Sequence record: NC_042136.1
Length of the DNA stretch: 64,000 nt
Reading direction: 5' to 3' (one strand)
Shown: positions 19,179-29,128 of the stretch, piece by piece
Layout: the number at the start of each line of letters is the position of its first letter
Position numbering within the stretch: position 1 is the first letter of the stretch
The notes under the pieces: generated by a model
The model's database searches: none
The model's input: the letters and a program-made list of their open reading frames with translations, nothing else
What the model was told of the DNA's origin: nothing
Program-made: the position numbers and the translations under genes

Positions 19179-21371
19179 ATGGAAAAGGTAAAATTGTTGG
19201 AACTGGATTTGTTAGGCACAAACCCAGACAACTATATAGACGAGACCCAACCGGTCACCGTCCGGACGCGTGATTGGTACCGACCTGACTACGCACCTTT
19301 CTTTGAAGATGATTTTGAACTTTACGACGGTAACGGTATGTTGCTTCGTAAGAACAAAGACTATGTGTTTGAATCATTGAGTGACGTTTTACTTACCAAA
19401 ACAGGTAAACCGGTTCACTTGTTTTTCCGTATACTTAACACGACGTTAAATAATAAAAAGTCGTTTCGTATCAAATACCGTAGTGTCGGTAATACCGGGT
19501 TCCCCCGTTCACTGATTCAGAAAATGACGAATGAACTCATCCACAGTGAATACTGGGTGGATTGGGAGACACAAGTTCTAGGTAAGCCAGAGACTTACCC
19601 AGCTTATCAACACTGGCACGACATTGCTACCGAAGTCGCTAACTGGGATCAATTCATCAATTTTGCTCAGACCACTTTGGAAATGGTGGTGCGTGGTCGT
19701 AAAGACCATTGGGTGGAAAACGAAACTAAGATCGATCGTGCGGAGCGTGATTTCACTAATCGACATCGTGCTTTCTGGGCTGCGTTAGATGATCATGATC
19801 AAAACTACCAAAACCCGCATAAGTTAGTACGCGGAGATTTTGAGTTACAACACATCCCTAATTACCCGTTAAGTACGTTGTCAGAAGACTTAGCTGGGAT
19901 TCGTCCAACGAGTTTCACCACCCCTAAAGGGTTAAAAGAAACCGTGAGTCAAAAACGTCGTATTAGTCCGGGGCATGTAGCGGCAGGTCGTGTGGATTAC
20001 ACGGTACCACCAAACACCATTGGGGTAACACGCCAGCAAAATATCGATGAGTTGTCCCTAGGTGGCATTCGTAAGTATTTGAATGGCGATATGGCTTATG
20101 TGGTGGCTGGGAGTGATGAACAACCCCCTACTAGCATTTGGTTGACTGACACTGACGCTGAACTCCAACAGATCAGTTATGACTTGGCACCGGTCTATCC
20201 ACCAATTGCAGGTAAAGATCTGGTCATGGACCGTACGTTGAGAGTCTTAGGTAAAGGTTATGCGGTTTCTCATCATTCGGATAATTTGAGTGCATTGTTC
20301 TATTTAGACCCTGACTCCGTCCATCTGGCTGGTCAGAAAAATTGTGTGAGACTCGACCTTAGTAACGTTAATACTCGTTTGGGTGGAGACTGGGTAAATA
20401 ACAGTTGGTTGTTCACTATTTCGAATACCGTTTTCCTGTTAGGCACTAAACCCGACTCACTCGGTGTAGAGTACGAACTATACTCAGCTAAGATTACCGC
20501 TTTATCCCCAGCGACGACCTTGGTTCTTAAACCCCATGAAGTTTCAGTGGAAGATAAAGATGGGATAGTGGGTAATCCATCTAGCACACTGCCTTTGATT
20601 GATGTCATCAAGACCGGTGCTGATACTTACCGCCAGTTCCACCACTTATTCGCAAGTGATGTGAAACCGGTCTTTAACCAACACATGACGTTGGTGACTG
20701 GTGATGACGATCTGCGTGGGGAGCACCATTTCTTCTTAAAGATCATTAAAACGATCTTAGTGAATGGTGAAGCTTTACCGATAGAAATGTCTTGGTCTTT
20801 TGATGTAAACCAGAACGTACTGTATCGCAACCTAAGCGGTTCTAACGCTAAGACGTACAAATCATTAAGTGATGTGTCTAGCTTTGATCCTGCGATCGTA
20901 GAGCTCGTTAAACACATGGGTGTGGACTACGGTGACACGCACTTTAGTTTAACGGGAGTTATCCACGTATTAACCAAAGGTTCTAAAGTAAGACGTTTAG
21001 TCACCCATTACGATACTTTAGAGCAACTCTACTTAAATCGCATCGGGGTTAATCTAAAACGTTCACCAACGGATCAACGTTTGGTGGGGATTCCTACCGC
21101 CGTATCAGATTGGCACTTTGGGATTCTAGCGGATTCTAAGATGGTTTATTTGGGTAAGCGTGTGTTGGTTAAACGTAATATCTGGGATCTTCGCGATCAT
21201 ATTACGCCGGGGACTGGCGGGGTGCATTACATCCACGTAGGGTTCGTAGGAGGGAAGACACGAACTTGGCTTAGTTCGGACGCACAAGCAAAGGGACGAT
21301 CTGTTGTTATTGCTAAGGTGAACTATACGAGTGCGGGGATTAGTTCTATTGTACAGAGCGGAGACATTTAA
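19179..21371 (+). CDS. tail/baseplate-associated protein, paralog
   Basis: start moved to ATG 19179 (GAGGT RBS; the GTG at 19149 lies inside a hairpin); shares the N-terminal motif DWETQVLGKPETYPAYQHWHD. Confidence 0.65.
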   Translation: MEKVKLLELDLLGTNPDNYIDETQPVTVRTRDWYRPDYAPFFEDDFELYDGNGMLLRKNKDYVFESLSDVLLTKTGKPVHLFFRILNTTLNNKKSFRIKYRSVGNTGFPRSLIQKMTNELIHSEYWVDWETQVLGKPETYPAYQHWHDIATEVANWDQFINFAQTTLEMVVRGRKDHWVENETKIDRAERDFTNRHRAFWAALDDHDQNYQNPHKLVRGDFELQHIPNYPLSTLSEDLAGIRPTSFTTPKGLKETVSQKRRISPGHVAAGRVDYTVPPNTIGVTRQQNIDELSLGGIRKYLNGDMAYVVAGSDEQPPTSIWLTDTDAELQQISYDLAPVYPPIAGKDLVMDRTLRVLGKGYAVSHHSDNLSALFYLDPDSVHLAGQKNCVRLDLSNVNTRLGGDWVNNSWLFTISNTVFLLGTKPDSLGVEYELYSAKITALSPATTLVLKPHEVSVEDKDGIVGNPSSTLPLIDVIKTGADTYRQFHHLFASDVKPVFNQHMTLVTGDDDLRGEHHFFLKIIKTILVNGEALPIEMSWSFDVNQNVLYRNLSGSNAKTYKSLSDVSSFDPAIVELVKHMGVDYGDTHFSLTGVIHVLTKGSKVRRLVTHYDTLEQLYLNRIGVNLKRSPTDQRLVGIPTAVSDWHFGILADSKMVYLGKRVLVKRNIWDLRDHITPGTGGVHYIHVGFVGGKTRTWLSSDAQAKGRSVVIAKVNYTSAGISSIVQSGDI

Positions 21372-23893
21372 TGAAAGTCATTAACGGTGGTATTCCGGGT
21401 AAACCGGAAGTACCTGTAGAAATCGGTAACGTTTATAACCAGTTAGCGTTGATCAATATCAAGCGATCGGAACAACTACGACAAACCGATTTAAAAGTAA
21501 ACGAAATCGTCACCCGTATTCATGAACAACAAGAACGTGATTACGGGAACTTAGAACGACAACTCAAACACCACTTCGAATCACCGGGGTTAAAACACGG
21601 AGAAAACCTACACACCTTAGGGTTACAAATGGTTAACGACTTTCCATTTGGTACGGTGGACGATGTTGTCGTTAATAAAGACTGGCACACTTATTTGAAC
21701 CCAGAGTCATTAAGCGATGCCTTGCAACAATGGCGTTATGCAGACGATGATCGTGTGCTAGCTCGTGGTAACGTGTTCTATACAAAAAATGATTTACGTT
21801 TGGATGCGTTGTTTGACAGTCGTGGTATCATCCCTGACGATTTAGTGGAAGGCTGGTATGATGTCTCCCCAGTAACGTACTACGGGGGTGTGCTGGCTCC
21901 TTTGAACACCAAACCTGACACGACCGGATTAGCGATACTACCCTACATCCAAAACCACACTTCTACCGTAGGAGTGAGTTTAGGAACGACTACAAAAGAA
22001 GTCGTTGTCTACGGATGGGGAAGTGGAACTGTCAAAGACGAAACTCGTGGTGAGTATTACTTGTTGGATGATTATCATCGTGACACCGCACTATCTTTCA
22101 CTGACCTAGGTGATGAGGGTGATTTAATCCACGACGCGGTATGGTTAGGAGTGGACGGTGACTTCACCACAGGTTATGCTGCTACGTGCTACGCCCACGC
22201 CGAAGGGATTACTGTAGGGTTAGGAAAAGTGAGCTACGGTTCAACGATGTCGTTAGATTCAACTTACCTTTACCAACTGGATGATGAGACACTGGGTAAT
22301 AAACTCATCACGCTACAATGGGATGAATGGTTTACTGGTAAGACGGTAACGTTAGATCATGAACAACCTAAGGTTTATGGTGGGGTGGAAACACTAAGTG
22401 ACGATGCTCAATTAATGTTGTTCGTCATGGTTCATCTGATCGTGGATGGGGAATCAGGACTTTATGTATTCCGCTGGTTAGGTGATCGTGGTGATAACCA
22501 GTGCCTATTAAAGTTAGTGGAATCCCCAGTAACCGGGAAACTGGATCCTCTACCTGACAACCATCCTTTCCATCCGGTTTATGGTCGTGGGGTGTTTAAA
22601 CCGACCGGTGGACACATCAGTGCACGACATTACGGAAATCGTACGTTTTTCTTAGAACACCAACATGACTTTACCACCATGCATAGTTTCTTAGAACAAC
22701 GCGGTAACTTAATCAGTCATCCGATTACGACGGAACAGCGTGTCGTGACTCACCGTCATTACTCCCCACTAGGTGCTGACTTAGGACGAATGTTGTTAAC
22801 GAATGATCATACCGTGATTAACGCCCAACAACACGTTGATGGAGACTGGTCACATTATTTGTGTCATTACGACGGCCCAGTAGGGGTTAAGCATACCACC
22901 TTTAACTTCAATCACCCTAAGACGGTTTGTCCTATGGCGGAACGCACTACGTTAAGTAGAGAGTTCGTTAATACACTACAGTCTGATGGGAAAGTGGGGT
23001 TAACAGGTACCGTATGGTCTAATAAAAACCATTATCAAGGTATCCTAGATGCTCGTGGTAAAGTGGGTGGTCCGATCTACGGTAAACCCGTAGCCATAGC
23101 GGAAGAAGACTTAACTCGTTTTAAAGGTGAACACCAAGAGTGGTTAGACTTCCGTGGTGGTTTAGGTTACACCGCCTTGGTGGTGTTCAACAACGGTGGT
23201 AAGCTGGAAGGTCTGGAAATTCGCACTGATCATTACCAATACATCGATGTTGCTTATTTAGAAGTCAAACTCAACGTAGCGGGTGAGTATCGTTTAACTC
23301 GTTTAGGTGATCGTGTGATCGTGGTTGAGTCTTCGGAACAAATTGATTTGGTGAGCAACACACGTCGTTGGTTAGTGACCGACTACTACGCTCATTATCG
23401 TGATGGTGAGTGTCATGTGATGATACAAAACCCTTACCAACATCGACCAGCAATCGTGGAGCTGCGTTTACGTAATGAGAAAGTAGAAACGTTATCGACT
23501 TATATCCCTGTTCCCGATGTGACGGGTGTGGTGGATTACGCGCCAGTAATCATGACGTTGGATGGACCGTGTAAACCTGACCAAGCTAATCCAGTTAGCG
23601 GGGAATACACTAACCATTACGGTTTACGAACTCATCGTTACGCAGGTAATGTGCAGGGTGCTGGGTATTTGGTGATCGAACGTGGGACCCAACTCGTAGT
23701 GAATGGTGACCCGTTTGATATCCCACCGGGTTTAGTAGCTCGTGTTACACCAAACAAGAAACAATACGTTTACTTGGCTTTGGTTAACGGTGTGGTGGAA
23801 ACCTTAGTGAGTAGTAATCCCCTCACTCGTGGTCAACTCTACGCCGTAGTAGAATCCGATGGTACGGTCGACCTTAAAATAACCGAAATGTAA
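21371..23893 (+). CDS. tail/baseplate-associated protein, paralog with shortened N-terminus
   Basis: 840 aa, coupled to the previous gene; retains the H...H...GL..V.NFP motif seen in the other three. Confidence 0.6.
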   Translation: MKVINGGIPGKPEVPVEIGNVYNQLALINIKRSEQLRQTDLKVNEIVTRIHEQQERDYGNLERQLKHHFESPGLKHGENLHTLGLQMVNDFPFGTVDDVVVNKDWHTYLNPESLSDALQQWRYADDDRVLARGNVFYTKNDLRLDALFDSRGIIPDDLVEGWYDVSPVTYYGGVLAPLNTKPDTTGLAILPYIQNHTSTVGVSLGTTTKEVVVYGWGSGTVKDETRGEYYLLDDYHRDTALSFTDLGDEGDLIHDAVWLGVDGDFTTGYAATCYAHAEGITVGLGKVSYGSTMSLDSTYLYQLDDETLGNKLITLQWDEWFTGKTVTLDHEQPKVYGGVETLSDDAQLMLFVMVHLIVDGESGLYVFRWLGDRGDNQCLLKLVESPVTGKLDPLPDNHPFHPVYGRGVFKPTGGHISARHYGNRTFFLEHQHDFTTMHSFLEQRGNLISHPITTEQRVVTHRHYSPLGADLGRMLLTNDHTVINAQQHVDGDWSHYLCHYDGPVGVKHTTFNFNHPKTVCPMAERTTLSREFVNTLQSDGKVGLTGTVWSNKNHYQGILDARGKVGGPIYGKPVAIAEEDLTRFKGEHQEWLDFRGGLGYTALVVFNNGGKLEGLEIRTDHYQYIDVAYLEVKLNVAGEYRLTRLGDRVIVVESSEQIDLVSNTRRWLVTDYYAHYRDGECHVMIQNPYQHRPAIVELRLRNEKVETLSTYIPVPDVTGVVDYAPVIMTLDGPCKPDQANPVSGEYTNHYGLRTHRYAGNVQGAGYLVIERGTQLVVNGDPFDIPPGLVARVTPNKKQYVYLALVNGVVETLVSSNPLTRGQLYAVVESDGTVDLKITEM

Positions 23894-23895
23894 AT

Positions 23896-23929
23896 ATAAC
23901 TCCTACCTCCTTTCGGGGGTAGGAGTTAT
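23896..23929. terminator. hairpin between convergent genes
   Basis: ATAACTCCTACCTCC-tttc-GGGGGTAGGAGTTAT. Confidence 0.75.
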
Positions 23930-23943
23930 TACTGTTTTCATTA

Positions 23944-25065
23944 TTAACCGATAGGTGGGGAAGTAGGTGCCCCTTTGTTACCGGTGTGTTTATGGGACTT
24001 CAGTGAAATCCCTGCTGCCACCACATCTACTTTAGACTCTACAATCTTATCTGCAACGATACCACCTGATGTTGCTAAGGTGCCACCACTACCACCCGGT
24101 CCAGCAGAACAACTCATCCCGCCTGCTACCCCCAAGTTACCTTGGATCCCCACATTACCTTTGATGCTGTTGGTAGGACACGTGATATTAATAGAGTCAG
24201 ACTTCCAATCCGCTGTTTTAGACTTAATGTCCAACTTACTCGTATCGACTGACATCGATTCCGATTTCATTACGGTGTTGGTCGTAGTTAATGAATAGTC
24301 TTTAGTCGTCAGTTTCATGAAGTCTCTAGCGTGCATAGTTAACTCATTACAAGTTACGTACATTTTATCCGTCTTCATGTTGATCGACTCATCGGCCTCG
24401 AATAATTGTGTTCCTTTGTTAATCATCGAAATGTTCTTACGATGAATGTTGAAAATAGACCCTTCCCAGTTACGCATCACCCACGAGTGTTTCAACGAAT
24501 CCAAAGCAAAGGCGTTTTTCTCCGTATCAGTTAACGCCCACGTACCGTTCTTGGTATTAAACCCTAAACGGTATGCCACCGGTTCATCGTTTGCTTGGGT
24601 GGTCTTAAACACGATCTCTTTATGACGAGTCGAAACCACTAACGTGTAATAGTCTTCAAAACTAAACGGGGCGTTTTTATCGAAGTTAGGATTCGCGTTC
24701 CAAGCATAGAGTACGTGTTCTAAACGGAAAGATTCGTTACCGATCCCCCACGTGGTCCAGTAAAACTGGTCATCGTCGGCAAACTTATAAATCGCTACTT
24801 TAGAACCTACGCGAACGTCCGGTGCAGTAATACGGTTAGGTGTAAACGGCATCCACTTCGGCATATAGAAGTTAGACTTTAATACGTTACTGGTTTGGTA
24901 ACCACCGTCAGCGGTAGGGATGGAGACCGATTCTTGGACGGCGTTAGCCAAACCCGCACCATCGGCTTGAGGAAATTGTCGCTTAAGGAAAACTTTAATA
25001 AAATAAGATTTCTCAGGCTTGTTTTCTACCACCGTTCCTACGCCGACAAAATTCAGTAAATTCAT
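23944..25065 (-). CDS. baseplate central spike (gpV/gp5/VgrG-like)
   Basis: N-terminal OB-fold-like segment (PNRITAPDVRVGSKVAIY), beta-helix-like repeats, and a C-terminal SLKSHKH HxH metal-binding apex motif. Confidence 0.8.
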   Translation of the reverse strand: MNLLNFVGVGTVVENKPEKSYFIKVFLKRQFPQADGAGLANAVQESVSIPTADGGYQTSNVLKSNFYMPKWMPFTPNRITAPDVRVGSKVAIYKFADDDQFYWTTWGIGNESFRLEHVLYAWNANPNFDKNAPFSFEDYYTLVVSTRHKEIVFKTTQANDEPVAYRLGFNTKNGTWALTDTEKNAFALDSLKHSWVMRNWEGSIFNIHRKNISMINKGTQLFEADESINMKTDKMYVTCNELTMHARDFMKLTTKDYSLTTTNTVMKSESMSVDTSKLDIKSKTADWKSDSINITCPTNSIKGNVGIQGNLGVAGGMSCSAGPGGSGGTLATSGGIVADKIVESKVDVVAAGISLKSHKHTGNKGAPTSPPIG

Positions 25066-25120
25066 ACGACAGAACCTATTTGATTAGAGATGAATACTTA
25101 CACTGTAAAGAGTAAATAAG

Positions 25121-27598
25121 ATGATTGCAGAATTACGTTTAAAAAATAACGTGGGATTGTTGACCAAAGGTACCAAGTCAGTCACGTTAGACTTAGCCGA
25201 CCTAGTGAACATCTTCATGGGTCGGAATGGGTTTGGTAAAACCAGTATTTTGAAAGAGTGCCACCCCTTACCACCGGATAACAGCGATTACGTAAAAGGT
25301 GGTTACAAATACGTGAAGTGGATTGTGTCTCCACAAGAGTTCTACATTATGGAATCTCATACCGGTTCGAGTTCAACACACTCCTTTAAAAAGAATGGGG
25401 TAGAAGAACTCAACACTGGTGGAACACTAACGGTTCAACGTGATTTGTGTTTACAATACTTCGGTCTGACACCAAACATGGTAAAATACATGTCTGGTTT
25501 GAAGGTCAATAATTTATTCACGACGCTGTCTACCGCAACTCGTAAACAGTTGTTCATGGATATTTATCCTAACGACACTCGTTACGCGTTAAATGTCTAC
25601 AATAAAATCAAAGCAGAGTTACGTAACTGTATTGGTGCGATTAAAAACCAACACAAACGCTTAGCGGAAGAAAACCAACGAGCTGCGACATTAAGCTCAA
25701 CCAGCATACCGGAGTTAGAACAAAAAATCGGAGATCTGGATAACCGCATTAAAGAAGCGATGGTGTTAAGCGGGATGTTGGCTAATGAACAAAACGTTCA
25801 GCAACAAACTCGGGATTTGATTCATAAGTTCATTAAGTTAACTAAAGATTTAGTTATCGGTAACGTGACTACCTTAGAAGGCCCAAATGAGTTGATGGCG
25901 AAGCACGACCAGTGTAAACGCATCATGGAGAAATGTCAGCATCGTATTACGGTGACTCGCACTAAGTTAACAACTTTAATGGAAACGTTATCTGGACTTA
26001 ACTACGTTAATGACACTCCGGAGGTTTTAGAACAACAGCAACAACACTTGATTACTGTACAAAAACATGATCAGGGTATATTCAATGATGCTGATCGTTT
26101 GGTGCGTAACTTGTTCCCAAACCTCACTGAAGAACAACTCGACATCATTGCACGTTCAGCAGACTCTTTGTGTCCTAAGTTAGAACAAGTTGTGCAAGCG
26201 TCCAGTGAGTCCATGACGTTATTGGATTACAGATTACTCCAAGAACAAATGGAGAAAAACATCAGCCACGGTCGTACTTTGAAATACGAGGTTGAAGAAC
26301 TTCGTCATGCGTTGAAACACTTTGATATGACTGAGGACATGAAGTGTCCAGAATGTAAGACGGAATTTAAGCCCGGGTTTGATCTTAAAGACGTAGAACA
26401 AAAGCGTAAGGACTTACAACGTTTAGAACAACAACTTAAAAACGTGGTATCGGAATACCGTAGTTTGGATGCTAAGTTGAAAAACGATGAAGAGTTCTTT
26501 AATACGCTAACTCCGGTCGTGGAAGAAGCGAAGATGTTCAGGGACGAGGGAAACACGTTATTGAATGTACTTAAAGATTACGGAGTGGGTTACAAAGACT
26601 GTTCTCCGTTAGTAAACGTATTCCGTGCTGCGGTAGAGCGTCGTACTCGTGGTAAGTTGATCAAAGAACACCAAGACGAAATCGAATCCTTAGGGAGACG
26701 TATCGCATCTCTGCGTCGTAATGACGTGGAAGAGTTAACTCGTCAACTGACCGAATACGAAACCATCCTAGCAAGTGAACAACGTACTTTACGTCACTTT
26801 AACGAACAACTGGAAACCATTGACTATCGTTTAGAATCTATTAATGCTCGTGAACTCAAAGTCGACCAATTGGTTGAAATGAGAGATGAGATATTGGATT
26901 CATTTCGAGATCAAGGTCGTTGGTTGTTAAAGCAAGCAACCGATCACGCGGTAGCTGAATGGGTACCAGCTAAAGATAACTTCATGCAGATGTTGATTCG
27001 TGGTCGCAGTCTAGCGTCGGTAATTGAATCTATCGAGTTGGACATTCAACGCTTAGAGTCACGTAAAGCAAAACTCCAAGTGCTCCAAGACAACGTGTGT
27101 CCTAATAAAGGTTTGATCGGTAAAATGATGCAAGACTTCATTAAAACCGTGACTGCTAATATGAACGCAACGATTAGACAAGTCTTCACCACACCTTTAT
27201 TCGTTTTACCTTGTATTAATAAGAAAGGTGATTTGGATTACAACTTCCCAGTCATTAACTCTATTGATGGTAAACCTTCAAAAGATGTGAGTGATTGTAG
27301 TGGCGGTGAGCAAGACATGATTAACTTAGCGTTCCGTATGATTTTGTTACGGTATAAAGCGAAGAATCGTTTTCCTTTGATGTTGGATGAAGTCGGGGTT
27401 AAACTCGATGCTTATCACCAACAGCGTTTGTTCGACTATATCCTTAACTTATCTACTTCGGGTGAGGTTAATCAAATCTTAATGGTCTCTCATTTCTTTT
27501 CACACACTAGTATGTTTAAAAATGCTAACGTCATTGCATTGAACTCCGAAGGGATTACGGTCCCAACCGACGCTAACCAGAAAGCCGTTTTCAAATAA
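25121..27598 (+). CDS. sbcC: SbcC/Rad50-like SMC-family ATPase
   Basis: Walker A GRNGFGKTS, long coiled coil with a CPEC zinc hook, signature CSGGE, Walker B LMLDE, H-loop VSH. Confidence 0.9.
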   Translation: MIAELRLKNNVGLLTKGTKSVTLDLADLVNIFMGRNGFGKTSILKECHPLPPDNSDYVKGGYKYVKWIVSPQEFYIMESHTGSSSTHSFKKNGVEELNTGGTLTVQRDLCLQYFGLTPNMVKYMSGLKVNNLFTTLSTATRKQLFMDIYPNDTRYALNVYNKIKAELRNCIGAIKNQHKRLAEENQRAATLSSTSIPELEQKIGDLDNRIKEAMVLSGMLANEQNVQQQTRDLIHKFIKLTKDLVIGNVTTLEGPNELMAKHDQCKRIMEKCQHRITVTRTKLTTLMETLSGLNYVNDTPEVLEQQQQHLITVQKHDQGIFNDADRLVRNLFPNLTEEQLDIIARSADSLCPKLEQVVQASSESMTLLDYRLLQEQMEKNISHGRTLKYEVEELRHALKHFDMTEDMKCPECKTEFKPGFDLKDVEQKRKDLQRLEQQLKNVVSEYRSLDAKLKNDEEFFNTLTPVVEEAKMFRDEGNTLLNVLKDYGVGYKDCSPLVNVFRAAVERRTRGKLIKEHQDEIESLGRRIASLRRNDVEELTRQLTEYETILASEQRTLRHFNEQLETIDYRLESINARELKVDQLVEMRDEILDSFRDQGRWLLKQATDHAVAEWVPAKDNFMQMLIRGRSLASVIESIELDIQRLESRKAKLQVLQDNVCPNKGLIGKMMQDFIKTVTANMNATIRQVFTTPLFVLPCINKKGDLDYNFPVINSIDGKPSKDVSDCSGGEQDMINLAFRMILLRYKAKNRFPLMLDEVGVKLDAYHQQRLFDYILNLSTSGEVNQILMVSHFFSHTSMFKNANVIALNSEGITVPTDANQKAVFK

Positions 27599-27607
27599 AA
27601 TACAAAC

Positions 27608-27667
27608 CTATATTATCAGGGTGTTGTGAGTGAATCGTTACTCTAAGTGCGTTTCTATAGACACCCT
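27608..27667 (+). promoter_or_regulatory. putative early promoter with overlapping inverted repeat
   Basis: AAACCTATATTAT-CAGG-GTGT; AGGGTGT (27618-27624) is complementary to ACACCCT (27661-27667). Confidence 0.7.
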
Positions 27668-27691
27668 AAATTCGATTAAAGGAACCACATT

Positions 27692-27976
27692 ATGAGTCAC
27701 CATCAACCCCAATCAAAACCACCCGTCATTTTGCGAGGTACTTACGACCCTAACGGGATTATCCAACTGAGTCCTACTGGCACTGAGTTAATTAAGATCG
27801 AGTTCACCAAAGTCCATTACCAATGGCAAGCCGCGGTGTACGTGAATTCGATGTGTATCGGTTACGTGACCTTTGGGATGAACAACGAACGTGTAGTGAG
27901 TACCTTTGCCCAAGGTTTCGCTGATGATGGTCGAGCAGAAGCGTCCATCCACAACATCGTAGCAGGCATTCATTAA
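27692..27976 (+). CDS. hypothetical early protein
   Basis: 94 aa, AAGGA RBS, first gene after the promoter motif. Confidence 0.7.
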   Translation: MSHHQPQSKPPVILRGTYDPNGIIQLSPTGTELIKIEFTKVHYQWQAAVYVNSMCIGYVTFGMNNERVVSTFAQGFADDGRAEASIHNIVAGIH

Positions 27977-28031
27977 AATACGTGGGGTGATGTAAATCAT
28001 CCTGCGTCCTTTTTGTTTAGGAGACGACAGC

Positions 28032-28481
28032 ATGACTGAACCAACACTTACCCCTGTTCCTTTATTAGAAACCGGTGGGATGGTTAACCAAGGCAGGGAC
28101 TGGTTAAAGATAGACCTTAAAATGGGATACGACATCAACAACGATTGTTCTCATGCTGAAGCAAAGTATGCTTACGGTAAAGAGTCTGAGTCCTATTATA
28201 CCGGCACCCTTACTCGAGCTTTAGAACGTGGGTGGGTATCGAACCGAGATATCCCGGAAACCCCCTACCAGACCATCATCGATGACTTCATCGAACGAGT
28301 CACTAGCCCTAACGTGACTATCACGGATATTCCGCAAGAACAAAATGAGACGTTTAAGACGATCTTTAAATCATTAATGACGGAACTGCGTGATCATCAA
28401 ACCGAAGTCATTAACCAATCTATTCGTTTGGATTTGTACGACTGGGGTTGTCAATCCAAAACCTTAAAAACCTTTAACTAG
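28032..28481 (+). CDS. hypothetical protein
   Basis: 149 aa, AGGAG RBS. Confidence 0.75.
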   Translation: MTEPTLTPVPLLETGGMVNQGRDWLKIDLKMGYDINNDCSHAEAKYAYGKESESYYTGTLTRALERGWVSNRDIPETPYQTIIDDFIERVTSPNVTITDIPQEQNETFKTIFKSLMTELRDHQTEVINQSIRLDLYDWGCQSKTLKTFN

Positions 28482-28489
28482 GAAACCAT

Positions 28490-29128
28490 ATGTATCACAT
28501 CACTTTTGACATGGACGACACGCTAACCGCAACGCATGCGTTCATACGTAATAACCTTGTCCCTACCACCCAAGAAATCGCAGAAGAAATGGAAGAGTGT
28601 GATCGCAATGGTCTGGCCTACGTGTTGGCGTCAGAAGCATTGCAAGACGACATCTATAACCAGATCTTAGAACCTGAACGTTTCATGTTAGAGACAGCAG
28701 TAGCTACTTGGGTACAAAACCACATCGACGAGTTCCGTGAATTGATTCAAGAACTTAGAGACTTAGGTCACACGTTTAGTATCTGTACACACCGTGGTTG
28801 GTCAGATACCGGGTTTAGTAACACCATCAGTTGGTTGCGTGAAAATGACTTGGACTTGTTCAAAAATGTTCATTGTTTGAACTCCGAAGAATACCCTTGT
28901 AAACTTGCTTACTTGGAAAAGATCTATGGTAAGCGTTTTGTTATTGTAGACGATAACCCTTACCACGGTGTAAACCGTCAAAAAGAATTGGACTACCACG
29001 GGAATGTATTGCAGTGTGTGGGCGAGCATCTGGTGGACAACTACGTTCACTTTACTCGCTTCTCCTCATTTCCAGAATTTAAAGATTTCTTATATGAGAA
29101 ACTAGGGATGCTTAATGAACCTATTTAA
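28490..29128 (+). CDS. HAD-superfamily phosphatase (nucleotidase-like)
   Basis: motif I FDMDDTL, motif II ICTHR, conserved K, motif IV IVDD. Confidence 0.75.
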   Translation: MYHITFDMDDTLTATHAFIRNNLVPTTQEIAEEMEECDRNGLAYVLASEALQDDIYNQILEPERFMLETAVATWVQNHIDEFRELIQELRDLGHTFSICTHRGWSDTGFSNTISWLRENDLDLFKNVHCLNSEEYPCKLAYLEKIYGKRFVIVDDNPYHGVNRQKELDYHGNVLQCVGEHLVDNYVHFTRFSSFPEFKDFLYEKLGMLNEPI

